The notes beneath the pieces are model-generated. The model did not search any database, was not told the origin of the DNA, and saw only the letters and a list, made by a program, of their open reading frames with translations. Below, in pieces: positions 11,694 through 21,922 of a DNA stretch of 64,000 bases. The translations under genes were made by a program, and so were the position numbers. Where the stretch lies: positions 1,440,001 through 1,504,000 of the forward strand of contig CBDDPY010000002.1 of NCBI GenBank assembly GCA_965232515.1. Reading direction: 5' to 3'. The first letter of the stretch is position 1; every line of letters starts with the position of its first letter. This stretch comes from Alphaproteobacteria bacterium (lineage in GTDB: Bacteria; Pseudomonadota; Alphaproteobacteria; GCA-2731375).

Positions 11694-14600
11694 TTAGAGC
11701 TCGTGCACGTCGACCACGCCGGGCACCGCCTTGATGGCGCCACGCACGCGCGTATCGATTGAAAATGATCCGGGTATATTCACCTCGACCTCCTTGCCGC
11801 AGTCATCGAGGCTGAGCAGCAGGGAGACGGTGACGCGGCCGGCCTCACGCGTCGCCAGCAACGACTTGATCGGATCGAGCGGCGACGGATCGCGCAGGAA
11901 GACCCGGATATTGCCCTGCGCGGCGGCCGAGAATGCCGCGATCGGCGTGATCTTCTGCACGGTGAGCCGCGGTTCCTCGCCGTCGACGCGGGCTTCGACC
12001 TCCAGGACCACGGAATTGCCGGCTTCCAGGTGATCGCGGCCCACCGCCAGTTGCTCGGCAAAGACCGTGACCTCGAACATGCCGGTCGGATCCGACATCT
12101 GCACGAAGGCGAAGCGATTGCCGCGCGCCGAATTGCGCTCCTGACGGCCGAGCACGGTGCCGGCGATCCGGAACCAGGTGCCGCCGCGCTGCGCCCGCTC
12201 GCGGACGTAGGCGTAATCGTTGACATTGGCCCGCTGCAGCGCCGCCTTGTATTCGTCGAGCGGGTGGGCCGACATATAGAAGCCGACGGCGTCGAACTCG
12301 TTCGCCAGCCGCTCCGGCGCCATCCAGTCGGCCACCACCGGCAGCGCCGGTTTCGGCGCCTCGGCGCCGCCGGCCTGACCGAACAGGCTGACCTGATTGC
12401 TGTCGCGGTCGGCCGCCGCCTGCTGGGCATACCGCAAGACCAGGTCGACGGCGTCCAGCATCTGCGCGCGGTTCCGGTTCAGACTGTCGAACGCCCCGGC
12501 GCGGGCCAGATTCTCGAGCTGCCGCTTGTTGACCTGACGCGGGTCCAGCCGACCGGCGAAGTCCCAGATGTCGGTGAACGGTCCGTTCTGTCGGCGCTCG
12601 TCGACGATGCTGCGCATGGCTTCGCGGCCGACATTCTTAATGGCGGCAAGCGCGTAGCGGATCGCGCCGCCGTGATTGTCGTCGTCGTACTCGACGATGA
12701 ATTCGACGTCGGACCGGTTGATATCAGGCGCCCGCAACTCGATCTCGAGCCGGCCCAGCTCCTGCCGAAATGTGTTCAGCTTGTCGGTGTTGCCCATGTC
12801 CAGGCACATGGACGCGGCAAAGAACTCGACCGGGTGGTTGGCCTTCAGATAGGCGGTCTGGTAGGCGACGAGCGCGTAGCCGGCCGAGTGCGCTTTGTTG
12901 AAGCCGTAGCCGGCGAACTTGTCGACCAGATCGAAGACATAGGCCGCGCGCTCCTTGTCGACGCCGCGGGCGACGGCACCGTCGACGAAATTACCGCGCT
13001 GGGCGGCCATTTCGGCCTTGATCTTCTTGCCCATGGCCTTGCGCAGGATGTCGGCCTGGCCCAGCGTGTAGCCGGCAAAGACCTGCGCGATCTGCATCAC
13101 CTGCTCCTGATAGATGATCACGCCGTAGGTGTCGGCGACCACCGGCTCGATGGTCTCGTGCAGGAACTCCGGCTTGTCGCGGCCGTGCTTGCAGGCGATG
13201 TATTTCGGGATGTTCTCCATCGGCCCCGGCCGATAAAGCGCGACGAGCGCGATCAGGTCCTCGATGTTGCTCGGCTGCGAGTCCCGCAAGAGGTCCCGCA
13301 TGCCGCCGCTTTCAAACTGGAACACGCCGACCGCTTCCGCCCGCTGCAGCATTTCGTAGGTCGCGGCGTCGTCGAGCGGCAATCGGTCGATATCGATCTC
13401 GCCGCCATGCGCGCGCACCAAGGCGACGGCGCGGTCCAATACGGTCAGCGTCTTCAGACCGAGGAAGTCGAACTTCACCAGCCCGGCGCGTTCGACCCAC
13501 TTCATGTTGAACTGGGTGACCGGCATCTCCGAGCGCGGGTCGCGGTAGAGCGGCACCAGCGCCTCCAACGGACGGTCGCCGATGACGACGCCGGCCGCGT
13601 GGGTCGACGCATGCCGATAGAGCCCCTCGAGCCGCAGCGAGATATCGATCAGGCGCTTCACGGTCGGGTCGTTATCGCGCTCCTCGCGCAGCCGGGGCTC
13701 GCCGTCGATGGCCTGGGCCAGCGTCACCGGGTTGGCCGGATTGTTCGGCACCAGCTTGCACAGCCGGTCGACCTGGCCGTAGGGCATCTCCAGCACCCGG
13801 CCGACGTCGCGCAACACCGCGCGGGCCTGCAGCTTTCCGAAGGTGATGATTTGGGCGACCTGCTGGTGGCCGTACTTTTCCTGCACGTAGTGGATCACGC
13901 GGTCGCGCTTTTCCTGGCAGAAATCGATGTCGAAGTCCGGCATCGAGATGCGGTCGGGATTGAGGAAGCGTTCGAACAGCAGATTGAACTGAAGCGGATC
14001 GAGATCGGTGATCTTCAGCGCCCAGGCCACCGCCGATCCGGCGCCCGAGCCACGGCCCGGACCGACCGGCACGCCGTGCGCCTTCGCCCACTGGATGAAG
14101 TCGGCGACGATCAGGAAGTAACCGGAGAAGCCCATCTTGATGACGACGTCGAGCTCGAAGGCGAGCCGCTCGCGATAGGGCTTGCCCGCCTCGGCGCGCG
14201 CGGCTTCATCCATGTCCGGGTCGAACACATGCGCCTCGAGCCGCTGCTCCAGTCCCTCTTCCGCCATGCGACGCATCAGCGTCGGCTCGTCCTCGCCCGC
14301 CCCATCGCCGAAGCTGGGCAGGATCGGATCGCGTTCCGGCGCGCGATAGGCGCAGCGGCAGGCGACCACCAACGTGTTGTCGACGGCTTCGGGCAGATCG
14401 GCGAACAGCTCGCGCATCTCGGCCGCCGACTTGAAGTAGTGCTCCGGCGTCACGCGGCCGCGCTCTTCGACGCCGATGGTCACGCCCTGGTCGATGCAGA
14501 GCAGCACGTCATGCGCCTCGTGCATGTCGCGGGACGCGAAGTAGACATCGTTGGTCGCCACAAGCGGCAGATCGAGGTCGTAGGCGATCTGCAGCAATCC

Positions 14601-15194
14601 AGGCTCGCTCTGCGCCTCCGCCGCCATGCCATGCCGCTGGATCTCGACATAGCAGCGGCCGTCGTAGATCGACGCGAGTTCGGCGGCCAACCCTGCCGCG
14701 GCGTCCGCCTGGCCCTCCAGCAGCAGGCGGCCGAGCGGCCCACCGGCGCCGCCTGTCAACAGAATAAGGCCGTCGACATGCTGGCGCAGATCGTCCAGCG
14801 CCACCTGTGCCGTCTCGCCGGCATCGGTCTCAAGGTAGGCCTTCGATGACAGCTTCAGCAGGTTCTCGTAGCCGGTCTCGTTCTGCGCCAGCAGGACGAT
14901 CCGGTCCGGCTCGGGCCGCCGCCCATTCTGAGCGTTGCCGTTTCCGTTGCCGCGTCCGTTGCCGACGTCGTCGCGAGAAAGAGCGATCAGGCAGCCGACG
15001 ATCGGCTGCACCCCCTGCCCGGCCATGACGTCGGAAAACTCGAGCGCGCCGAACAGATTACCGGTGTCGGTGATCGCCACGGCGGGCATCGTCGCGTCCG
15101 CGCAAAGCTTGCCCAGATCCTTCAGATGCAGCGCGCCTTCCGACAGCGAATAGGCACTGTGAACTCTCAGATGGACGAAATCGGCATGCGGCAT
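11694..15194 (-). CDS. dnaE: DNA polymerase III alpha subunit
   Basis: PHP domain HLRVHSAYSL, GPGRGSGAGS, SMPDFDIDF, KFDFLGL and YGFNKAH; C-terminal OB fold. Confidence 0.98.
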   Translation of the reverse strand: MPHADFVHLRVHSAYSLSEGALHLKDLGKLCADATMPAVAITDTGNLFGALEFSDVMAGQGVQPIVGCLIALSRDDVGNGRGNGNGNAQNGRRPEPDRIVLLAQNETGYENLLKLSSKAYLETDAGETAQVALDDLRQHVDGLILLTGGAGGPLGRLLLEGQADAAAGLAAELASIYDGRCYVEIQRHGMAAEAQSEPGLLQIAYDLDLPLVATNDVYFASRDMHEAHDVLLCIDQGVTIGVEERGRVTPEHYFKSAAEMRELFADLPEAVDNTLVVACRCAYRAPERDPILPSFGDGAGEDEPTLMRRMAEEGLEQRLEAHVFDPDMDEAARAEAGKPYRERLAFELDVVIKMGFSGYFLIVADFIQWAKAHGVPVGPGRGSGAGSAVAWALKITDLDPLQFNLLFERFLNPDRISMPDFDIDFCQEKRDRVIHYVQEKYGHQQVAQIITFGKLQARAVLRDVGRVLEMPYGQVDRLCKLVPNNPANPVTLAQAIDGEPRLREERDNDPTVKRLIDISLRLEGLYRHASTHAAGVVIGDRPLEALVPLYRDPRSEMPVTQFNMKWVERAGLVKFDFLGLKTLTVLDRAVALVRAHGGEIDIDRLPLDDAATYEMLQRAEAVGVFQFESGGMRDLLRDSQPSNIEDLIALVALYRPGPMENIPKYIACKHGRDKPEFLHETIEPVVADTYGVIIYQEQVMQIAQVFAGYTLGQADILRKAMGKKIKAEMAAQRGNFVDGAVARGVDKERAAYVFDLVDKFAGYGFNKAHSAGYALVAYQTAYLKANHPVEFFAASMCLDMGNTDKLNTFRQELGRLEIELRAPDINRSDVEFIVEYDDDNHGGAIRYALAAIKNVGREAMRSIVDERRQNGPFTDIWDFAGRLDPRQVNKRQLENLARAGAFDSLNRNRAQMLDAVDLVLRYAQQAAADRDSNQVSLFGQAGGAEAPKPALPVVADWMAPERLANEFDAVGFYMSAHPLDEYKAALQRANVNDYAYVRERAQRGGTWFRIAGTVLGRQERNSARGNRFAFVQMSDPTGMFEVTVFAEQLAVGRDHLEAGNSVVLEVEARVDGEEPRLTVQKITPIAAFSAAAQGNIRVFLRDPSPLDPIKSLLATREAGRVTVSLLLSLDDCGKEVEVNIPGSFSIDTRVRGAIKAVPGVVDVHEL

Positions 15195-15290
15195 CGGACA
15201 AACGCTGGTTCAGAATCGGCTGGACGGCCGGAATGATCCCACGCCCGCCCATGGCCGCCAACACGCGCCGACAAAAATATCGGTGGAAAA

Positions 15291-15971
15291 CTATGCGTCG
15301 ACCAGGACGCCGTTCTGCAATCGAAGAATTCGGTCCATGCGACGGGCCAGATCCTCGTTGTGGGTCGCGATGACGGCGGCGAGCTTGTGATCGCGCGCCA
15401 GCGCCAGCAGGGCGTCGAAGACGACGTCGGCGGTCTCCTGATCGAGATTGCCGGTCGGCTCGTCGGCCAGCAGCACCGAGGGATCGTTGGCGACGGCGCG
15501 CGCGATGGCGACGCGCTGCTGCTCGCCGCCCGACAGCCGGGCCGGCCGGTGGCGCAGGCGGTCGGCCAGCCCCAGCCGGGTAAGCAGGTCGGCCGCCCGG
15601 GTCCGCGCCTCGGCCGGCCGTAGCCCGGCGATGCGCTGCGGCAGCATGACATTCTCGACGGCGGAGAATTCCGGCAGCAGGTGATGGAACTGATAGACGA
15701 AACCTATCTTCCGCAAACGGATCGCGGTGCGCTCGGCGTCGGACGCCGCGCCGCATGAACGTCCGTCGACCAATACTTCACCTTCGTCGGGCTTTTCCAG
15801 CAGGCCGGCGGTGTGCAACAGGGTCGACTTGCCGGCGCCGGAGGGGCCGATCAGGGCCAGCAGCTCGCCGGGCTGCAACCGCAGCGACGCGCCGCGCAGG
15901 ACTTCCAGCTTGCGGCTGCCCTGGGTAAAGGTGCGGTGAATGTCGTGCAGCTCGAGCGCCGGTTCACTCAT
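15291..15971 (-). CDS. lolD: Lipoprotein-releasing ABC transporter ATP-binding protein
   Basis: [19 protein letters not shown] (LolD motif), [16 protein letters not shown]; overlaps the lolC/E stop. Confidence 0.93.
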   Translation of the reverse strand: MSEPALELHDIHRTFTQGSRKLEVLRGASLRLQPGELLALIGPSGAGKSTLLHTAGLLEKPDEGEVLVDGRSCGAASDAERTAIRLRKIGFVYQFHHLLPEFSAVENVMLPQRIAGLRPAEARTRAADLLTRLGLADRLRHRPARLSGGEQQRVAIARAVANDPSVLLADEPTGNLDQETADVVFDALLALARDHKLAAVIATHNEDLARRMDRILRLQNGVLVDA

Positions 15972-17208
15972 AACGCAGGGCTTCAACGGGATCGAGGCGG
16001 GCCGCGCGCCACGACGGGTAAATCGTCGCCAGGAACGACAGGCCGAGCCCCATGAGCACGACGGCGGTCACTTCCATCGGATCGATCTCGGCCGGCAGGC
16101 GCGAGAGGAAATAGATTTCGGCGGCGAACAGCTCGGTGCCGGTCAGGCCCTCGAGCCAGAGCCTGATAGCGTCGATATTGGCGCAGAAGGCCACCCCGAG
16201 CGCGAAGCCGGCGAGCGTGCCGATGGTGCCGATCGACGCGCCGGCCAGAAAGAACACCCGGAGGATCATGCCGCGCGTCGCGCCGATCGTGCGCAGGATG
16301 GCAATCGCCTTACCCTTGTCCTTCACCAGCATGATCATCGACGAGATGATGTTGAACGCCGCGACGACGATGATCAGCGTCAGGATCAGGAACATCACGT
16401 TGCGCTCGACCTGCAGCGCGTTGAAGAAGTGCGAGTTGGCGGTCTGCCAGTCGCTGATGCGCAGACCGCCGCCAACCGCGTCGCCGATTGCCGCGCGGTA
16501 CCTGGCAATGGCGTCGGGGTTGTCGACGAAGGCTTCGATTCCGGTGACGGTGTTGCCGGTCTTAAAGTAGACCTGGGCGGCCTCCAGCGGCATGAAGACG
16601 AACGTGGAATCGTATTCGAACATGCCGACCTCGAAGGTCCCGACCACCTGATAGGCCTTCAGCCGCGGCACCGAGCCGAACGGCGTTGACGTGCTCTGCG
16701 GCGAGACCAGCGTGATCCTGTCACCGACCCGCAAGCCCAGCCGGAAGGCCAGCCGGCTGCCGATCAGCACGGCGTCCCGGCCCTGAAACGCCTCCAGCGA
16801 GCCGGATCGGATGTTGTCGGCGATAATCTGACGCCGGCGCAGATCTTCCGGGCGGACGCCGCGTATCAGTCCGAGCCGGGCCTGGCCACGCGCCGTCGCC
16901 ATGACCTGCGCCTCGATGATCGGCAACGCGTTGACCACGCCGTCGATGGCGCCGATGCGTTGGGCAAGGTTGTCATAGTCCTGCAGATTACGGTCGAAGC
17001 CGCTGACCACCAGATGGCCGTTGAGGCCGAGGATGCGGCCCAGCAGCTCGCCGCGAAACCCGTTCATCACCGACATGACGATAATCAGCGTGGCGACGCC
17101 GAGGCAGATGCCGGCCAGCGAAAAGATCGCGATGACCGAAATGAAGCCTTCCTCGCGGCGCGCCCGCAGATAGCGCGTCGCCAGCATCCATTCGAAGCGT
17201 GTGAACAT
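15964..17208 (-). CDS. lolC: Lipoprotein-releasing ABC transporter permease LolC/E
   Basis: [14 protein letters not shown] and C-terminal PVEALRYE; adjacent to lolD. Confidence 0.92.
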   Translation of the reverse strand: MFTRFEWMLATRYLRARREEGFISVIAIFSLAGICLGVATLIIVMSVMNGFRGELLGRILGLNGHLVVSGFDRNLQDYDNLAQRIGAIDGVVNALPIIEAQVMATARGQARLGLIRGVRPEDLRRRQIIADNIRSGSLEAFQGRDAVLIGSRLAFRLGLRVGDRITLVSPQSTSTPFGSVPRLKAYQVVGTFEVGMFEYDSTFVFMPLEAAQVYFKTGNTVTGIEAFVDNPDAIARYRAAIGDAVGGGLRISDWQTANSHFFNALQVERNVMFLILTLIIVVAAFNIISSMIMLVKDKGKAIAILRTIGATRGMILRVFFLAGASIGTIGTLAGFALGVAFCANIDAIRLWLEGLTGTELFAAEIYFLSRLPAEIDPMEVTAVVLMGLGLSFLATIYPSWRAARLDPVEALRYE

Positions 17209-17231
17209 GTCCGCGTACCGGCGGTCGCGGC

Positions 17232-18548
17232 TCAGATCAGCCGTTGCAGCGCGGCATCGACGTCCAGCTCGTCGCGGTCGCCGGTCTTGCGGTTCTTCAG
17301 CTCGACCTTGCCGTCCTTGGCGCCGCGCGGCCCGGCCACCACCTGCCAGGGCAGGCCGATCAGGTCCATGGTGGCGAACTTGGCGCCGGCCCGTTCCTCG
17401 GTGTCGTCATAGAGTACTTCAACGCTGGCCTTGCTCAGCTTGGCATAGAGACCGGCGCAGATATCGTCGCAGACGGCATCGCCCGGCTTCAGATTGATCA
17501 GGCCGACCTTGAACGGCGCCACCGGCTCGGGCCAGACGATGCCGTTGTCGTCGTGGCTGGCTTCGATGATGCCGCCGACCAGACGCGACACGCCGATTCC
17601 GTAGGAGCCCATCTCAACCGGCACTTCGCTGCCGTCGGCCGTGGTCACCGTCGCCCCCAAGGGCTTCGAGTACTTGGTGCCGAAATAGAAGATATGACCG
17701 ACCTCGATGCCGCGCGTGGCGATGCGTTTGTCGGCCGGTACCTCGGCCTCAAAACGCGCCGGATCGTGCTTTTCGTCCGTGGCGGCGTAGAGGCTCGTCC
17801 AGCGGTCCACGACATGCTGCAGGTCGCTGTCATAGTCGGGATCGTCGGCCAACGCCTCGAAGCCCAGATAATCGGCGTGGCAGTAGACCTCGCTCTCGCC
17901 GGTCTCCGCCAGGATGATGAACTCGTGGCTCATGTCGCCGCCGATGGGGCCGCTGTCGGCCGCCATGGGGATCGCCTTCAGGCCCATGCGCTCGAAGGTG
18001 CGTAGATAGGCGACGAACATCTTGTTGTAGGAGTGCCGCGCCCCGGCATAGTCGAGGTCGAAGGAATAGTTGTCCTTCATCAGGAACTCGCGGCCCCGCA
18101 TGATGCCGAACCGCGGCCGCACCTCGTCCCGGAACTTCCACTGGATGTGATAGAGGTTGCGCGGCAAGTCGCGATAGCTGCGCACCGAATGGCGGAAGAT
18201 GTCGGTGATCAGCTCCTCGTTGGTCGGCCCGTAGAGCATGTCGCGCTCGTGCCGGTCCTGAATCCGCAGCATTTCCTTGCCGTAGTCGTCATAGCGACCG
18301 CTCTCGCGCCACAGATCGGCCGGCTGGATGGTCGGCATCAGCAGTTCCTGGGCGCCGGCGCGGTTCTGCTCCTCGCGCACGATCTGCTCGATCTTCGACA
18401 GCACGCGCAGGCCGAGCGGCAGCCAGGAGTAGATGCCGGCCGAGGCCTGCCGGATCATGCCGGCCCGCAGCATCAGGCGGTGCGAGGCAATCTGCGCCTC
18501 GGCGGGAGTTTGCTTCAGGACGGGCAGGAAGTATTGCGACAGCCGCAT
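17232..18548 (-). CDS. proS: Proline--tRNA ligase (short form without INS editing domain)
   Basis: [33 protein letters not shown] and MGSYGIG; 438 aa. Confidence 0.97.
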   Translation of the reverse strand: MRLSQYFLPVLKQTPAEAQIASHRLMLRAGMIRQASAGIYSWLPLGLRVLSKIEQIVREEQNRAGAQELLMPTIQPADLWRESGRYDDYGKEMLRIQDRHERDMLYGPTNEELITDIFRHSVRSYRDLPRNLYHIQWKFRDEVRPRFGIMRGREFLMKDNYSFDLDYAGARHSYNKMFVAYLRTFERMGLKAIPMAADSGPIGGDMSHEFIILAETGESEVYCHADYLGFEALADDPDYDSDLQHVVDRWTSLYAATDEKHDPARFEAEVPADKRIATRGIEVGHIFYFGTKYSKPLGATVTTADGSEVPVEMGSYGIGVSRLVGGIIEASHDDNGIVWPEPVAPFKVGLINLKPGDAVCDDICAGLYAKLSKASVEVLYDDTEERAGAKFATMDLIGLPWQVVAGPRGAKDGKVELKNRKTGDRDELDVDAALQRLI

Positions 18549-18680
18549 GGGATTCGATCTCTGCGGGAACGGGCCGGACGCTCGAGCGCGTCCGAAGGAC
18601 TGCCCCTATTTAGGCAAAGCGGCGAGCTATAGCAATGCCGGCGCGAGATGGCCGGTGATCAGGCGCGGGAAGACCGGTTA

Positions 18681-19100
18681 TCAGCCCGGCAGCAGGTCGC
18701 GGCAGGCGACGGCCAGTTGTGCGATGTCGGGATCGCCCAGCGGGCGGCCGTTGTAGAAGACCTGGTTCGTCTTCAGGTCGACGACGACATGGCCGACATT
18801 CACCTCGGCTTCCCGCAAACGCTGCGGGCCGCCATCCTCCAGGAACACGCGCAGCGGCACGTCCAGCCCGATATAGACCTGGTCGGGCGCGGTGATCGAG
18901 CCGTAGGAGTTGAGATCGGCCGGGACGACGGCGCGGCCCTTCACGTCGACGCCAGGACGGTAAGCCACGTCATCGGCCGGCACATACTTGGTCAGCCAGC
19001 GGCAATCCCGTTCGCTGATCTGCACCGTGATGCCGCTGCCGGCCGCCGAGGCGTAGGTCAGCGTCAGAAACAGTGCCAGATTTCGGACCCATCCAAGCAT
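18681..19100 (-). CDS. Secreted hypothetical protein
   Basis: N-terminal signal peptide (ASA|A), coding-like codon use, two Cys near the termini of the mature chain, YRPGVDVKGRAVVPADL segment. Confidence 0.75.
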   Translation of the reverse strand: MLGWVRNLALFLTLTYASAAGSGITVQISERDCRWLTKYVPADDVAYRPGVDVKGRAVVPADLNSYGSITAPDQVYIGLDVPLRVFLEDGGPQRLREAEVNVGHVVVDLKTNQVFYNGRPLGDPDIAQLAVACRDLLPG

Positions 19101-19159
19101 ATCTGGATCTTAGCCTGCGTTGCGTTAAGGCTCCGCTAATTCTGCCGTTGGTTCTGGTC

Positions 19160-19192
19160 AAAAAAAGAGCCGTGCCGGAGACCGGCACGGCT
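19160..19192 (-). terminator. Intrinsic terminator of the putative sRNA
   Basis: AGCCGTGCCGG-TCT-CCGGCACGGCT followed by CTTTTTTT on the minus strand. Confidence 0.85.
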
Positions 19193-19249
19193 GAAGTTTG
19201 GGAGGAAACGCCATCAAGCGTATCTACGAAACATCGCTGTCCGCAGATG
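19160..19249 (-). ncRNA. Putative trans-acting sRNA, MmgR/suhB (alpha-r8)-like
   Basis: Minus strand reads ...GATGGCGTTTCCTCCCAAACTTC, then an 11-bp hairpin and a U7 tail. Has its own promoter at 19256-19284. 5' end inferred. Confidence 0.7.
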
Positions 19250-19255
19250 AGATTG

Positions 19256-19284
19256 AGGATGTATGCTGCGCTGCAAAAACGCAA
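19256..19284 (-). promoter_or_regulatory. sigma70-type promoter with PhaR/AniA-like operator in the spacer
   Basis: TTGCGT-N17-CATCCT; the spacer contains TGCAGCGCAGCA (19264-19275). Confidence 0.6.
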
Positions 19285-19514
19285 GAGGAAATTAGGAGAT
19301 CTGCCAAATTTCATTCCAGAAACAAGTAAGAATTCTCGAATATGTACTTTTTATGTGCAGATCGTATAAATTTTGTTCAGTTTCTTCTGATGAATAGCAA
19401 ATTTTGCGGCAATTTGACGCGGTGTATTCTAGCAAAACGCCATTTCAACACGCATTTTGACGTCATCCGACGATCCATTTCGCATTTGCAACATATGATC
19501 GCGGCAACAATGAT

Positions 19515-19772
19515 TCAGCCGCGTACGTAGTCGCGAAATCCGAACAGGTCATGGGTCATCACATAGTAGTAGACGCCCCAAAGCAAAAGGGCGATGACCG
19601 TGGTGATACCGATTTTTAACCATAGTCGCGGCCGGATCGGCGCGCTGGCGGCAAGCCCGGCCTCGACGTCCTCGCCCGCCTCATGCGGCGACCGTGCGCC
19701 GAACGGCAGGACCATGAACAGCACCAGCCACCAGATGATGCCGAAGACCATGAGACCGGTGAAGATGCTCAT
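19515..19772 (-). CDS. DUF1467 family small membrane protein
   Basis: IIWWLVLFMVLPFG...SAP..P.L..K...TT pattern; usual position after mce. Alternative start 19790. Confidence 0.85.
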   Translation of the reverse strand: MSIFTGLMVFGIIWWLVLFMVLPFGARSPHEAGEDVEAGLAASAPIRPRLWLKIGITTVIALLLWGVYYYVMTHDLFGFRDYVRG

Positions 19773-19802
19773 CGCGAGGACCCCAGGCAACGTTATCGTT
19801 GG

Positions 19803-20207
19803 TCAGACCTGCTCCAGCTCAACCAGCGTGCCACAGAAATCCTTGGGATGCAGGAACAGAACTGGCTTGCCGTGGGCGCCCGGACGCGGCTCGCCGTCGC
19901 CCAGCACCCGCGCGCCCTCTGCCCGCAGTCGGTCACGCGCCGCAAGTATGTCTTCGACCTCGTAGCACACGTGATGCATGCCGCCAGACGGGTTGCGTTC
20001 CAGGAAGGTCGCGATCGGCGAGTCCTGGCCCAGCGGATGCAGGAGCTCGATTTTGGTATTGCCTAACTCGACGAACACCGTGGTCACGCCATGGTCCGGC
20101 AGCGGAACGGGCTCGGACACCTGCGCGCCGAGCGTATTCCGATAGACGTCCGCCGCCGCCGCCAGATCCGACACGACGATGGCGACGTGATTCAAGTTGC
20201 CGATCAT
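19803..20207 (-). CDS. mce: Methylmalonyl-CoA epimerase
   Basis: LNHVAIVV, IELLHPLG, GGMHHVCYEV and GAHGKPVLFLHPKDFCGTLVELEQ. Confidence 0.95.
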   Translation of the reverse strand: MIGNLNHVAIVVSDLAAAADVYRNTLGAQVSEPVPLPDHGVTTVFVELGNTKIELLHPLGQDSPIATFLERNPSGGMHHVCYEVEDILAARDRLRAEGARVLGDGEPRPGAHGKPVLFLHPKDFCGTLVELEQV

Positions 20208-20228
20208 GGCTGTCTCCGTTCCGCTGTT

Positions 20229-21908
20229 TTACTCTACCGTCGCGGCGACGCGCGCGACTCGAACCTCAACCACGGGCCGTTTGCCGAACCTGGCCTTCAG
20301 CAGCCGGCGCACCGCCAGCCGCGCCGCCTCGCTCATCCGCGCGTCGTCGCGCCGGGCGCCTGCCGACAACGGCCGCAACGCTTCGCCGATGGCTGCCCGG
20401 ATCGAGGCTTCAACATCCGGATCGGCGTCATCGACGGGAATGCCCTGCAGCACCAGCGACGGTTCGGCCAGCAGTCGACCCGACGGATCCGCGATCAACG
20501 TGACGACGGCGCCGCCGTTATACATCAACCTGCGCCGCGTGCGCAGCGCCTCGCCCTGATCCGGCGCGATCACCTGACCGTCGACCAGCCAGCGCCCTGC
20601 CTGGACCTCGCCGACGATCTCGGGCGTGCCGGGACCCAGACGGATAACCTGGCCGTTCTCGGGCGCAATCGCCCGCGGCACCTGCAGCGACCGCGCCATC
20701 GCCGCATGCGCGATCAGATGCCGCATTTCGCCATGCACCGGCACCGCGATGCTGGGCCGGGCCCATTGATACATCCGCGACAGCTCGTCCCGGTTCGGGT
20801 GGCCGGAAACATGCACGACCGAATCCCGCTCGGTGATGACCTCAATGCCGGCCAGCGCCAGCCGGTCGTGCAACCGTCCGATCGGCCGCTCGTTGCCGGG
20901 AATGATCTTCGACGAGAACACGACCGTGTCGCCGGCATCGAGCACGACATGCGGATGGTCGCCGACGGCGATCCGGGACATGGCCGCGCGCGGCTCGCCC
21001 TGACAGCCGGTGCAGAGATAGAGCACCTTGTCGGCCGGCAGGTAGCCGCCTTCGTCCTCACCCAACAACGGTCCGGCAAAGTCGAAATAGCCGGTCTGCC
21101 GGGCGGCCGCGATCATGCGCCACAGCGAGCGACCGACAACAGCGATCTCACGGCCGTTCGCCCGCGCCACCTCGGCGACGGTCTCAATGCGGGCGACGTT
21201 CGAGGCGAAGGTGGTGACGGCGATGCGGCCGCGGCGCTCGGCGACGATCCGCATCAGGTTCTCGCGCACCGTGGCTTCTGAGCCGGATTCGCCGGGGTTG
21301 AAGACATTGGTGGAATCGCAGACCAGCGCCAGCACGCCCTCGTCACCGAGCTGGCGCAAGGCGGTTTCATCGGTCGCCGGCCCCAGCAGCGGTGTCGGGT
21401 CCAGCTTCCAGTCGCCGGTATGCAACACGACGCCGGCCGGCGTGCGGATGGCGAGCGCATTCGGCTCGGGGATCGAGTGGGTGATCGAGATCAGGTCGAC
21501 AACGAAGGGGGCGAGCTCGATCCGTCCGCCAAGCGGCACCTCATGCAGCGGCACCTCGTCGATCAGCCCGGCCTCCGTCAGCTTGCCCCGCAGCACGGCC
21601 GCGGCGAACGGCGTGGCGTAGATCGGCTGCCGCAGCCGCTCCCAGAGATGCGGCACGGCGCCCAGATGGTCCTCATGCGCATGCGTGATCACGATCCCGA
21701 GCAGATCCTCGCGGCGTTCGGCGATGAATGTTGGATCTGGTGTGACGATATCGATGCCCGGCAAGGTCTCGTCGGCAAAGGTGATGCCGAGGTCGACCAT
21801 CAGCCATTTGCCGCCATAGCCGTAGAGGTTGAGATTCATGCCGATCTCGCCGGCTCCGCCCAGCGGCAGGAAGACCAGCTCGTCGCCGCCCCACCCGTCA
21901 CGTACCAT
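20229..21908 (-). CDS. rnj: Ribonuclease J
   Basis: PLGGAGEIGMN, THAHEDHLGA, HSIPE, TGCQGEP, HVSGH and PVHGE. Start trimmed (ATG 21908 or GTG 21917); the longer ORF overlaps coaX. Confidence 0.95.
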   Translation of the reverse strand: MVRDGWGGDELVFLPLGGAGEIGMNLNLYGYGGKWLMVDLGITFADETLPGIDIVTPDPTFIAERREDLLGIVITHAHEDHLGAVPHLWERLRQPIYATPFAAAVLRGKLTEAGLIDEVPLHEVPLGGRIELAPFVVDLISITHSIPEPNALAIRTPAGVVLHTGDWKLDPTPLLGPATDETALRQLGDEGVLALVCDSTNVFNPGESGSEATVRENLMRIVAERRGRIAVTTFASNVARIETVAEVARANGREIAVVGRSLWRMIAAARQTGYFDFAGPLLGEDEGGYLPADKVLYLCTGCQGEPRAAMSRIAVGDHPHVVLDAGDTVVFSSKIIPGNERPIGRLHDRLALAGIEVITERDSVVHVSGHPNRDELSRMYQWARPSIAVPVHGEMRHLIAHAAMARSLQVPRAIAPENGQVIRLGPGTPEIVGEVQAGRWLVDGQVIAPDQGEALRTRRRLMYNGGAVVTLIADPSGRLLAEPSLVLQGIPVDDADPDVEASIRAAIGEALRPLSAGARRDDARMSEAARLAVRRLLKARFGKRPVVEVRVARVAATVE

Positions 21909-21922
21909 CTGATCCACGCGGG

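Noticed and set aside
14500-15194. Degenerate metal-binding residues in the DnaE PHP domain
   Set aside because: Normal for proteobacterial DnaE, which relies on DnaQ for proofreading.
17232-18548. ProRS lacking the editing insertion
   Set aside because: Well-known short form in alphaproteobacteria.
18970-19530. Short ORFs 18970-19314, 19073-19369 and 19342-19530 across the AT-rich gap
   Set aside because: Atypical codon use and no RBS; two cross a terminator and overlap a real gene. A non-coding interpretation fits better.
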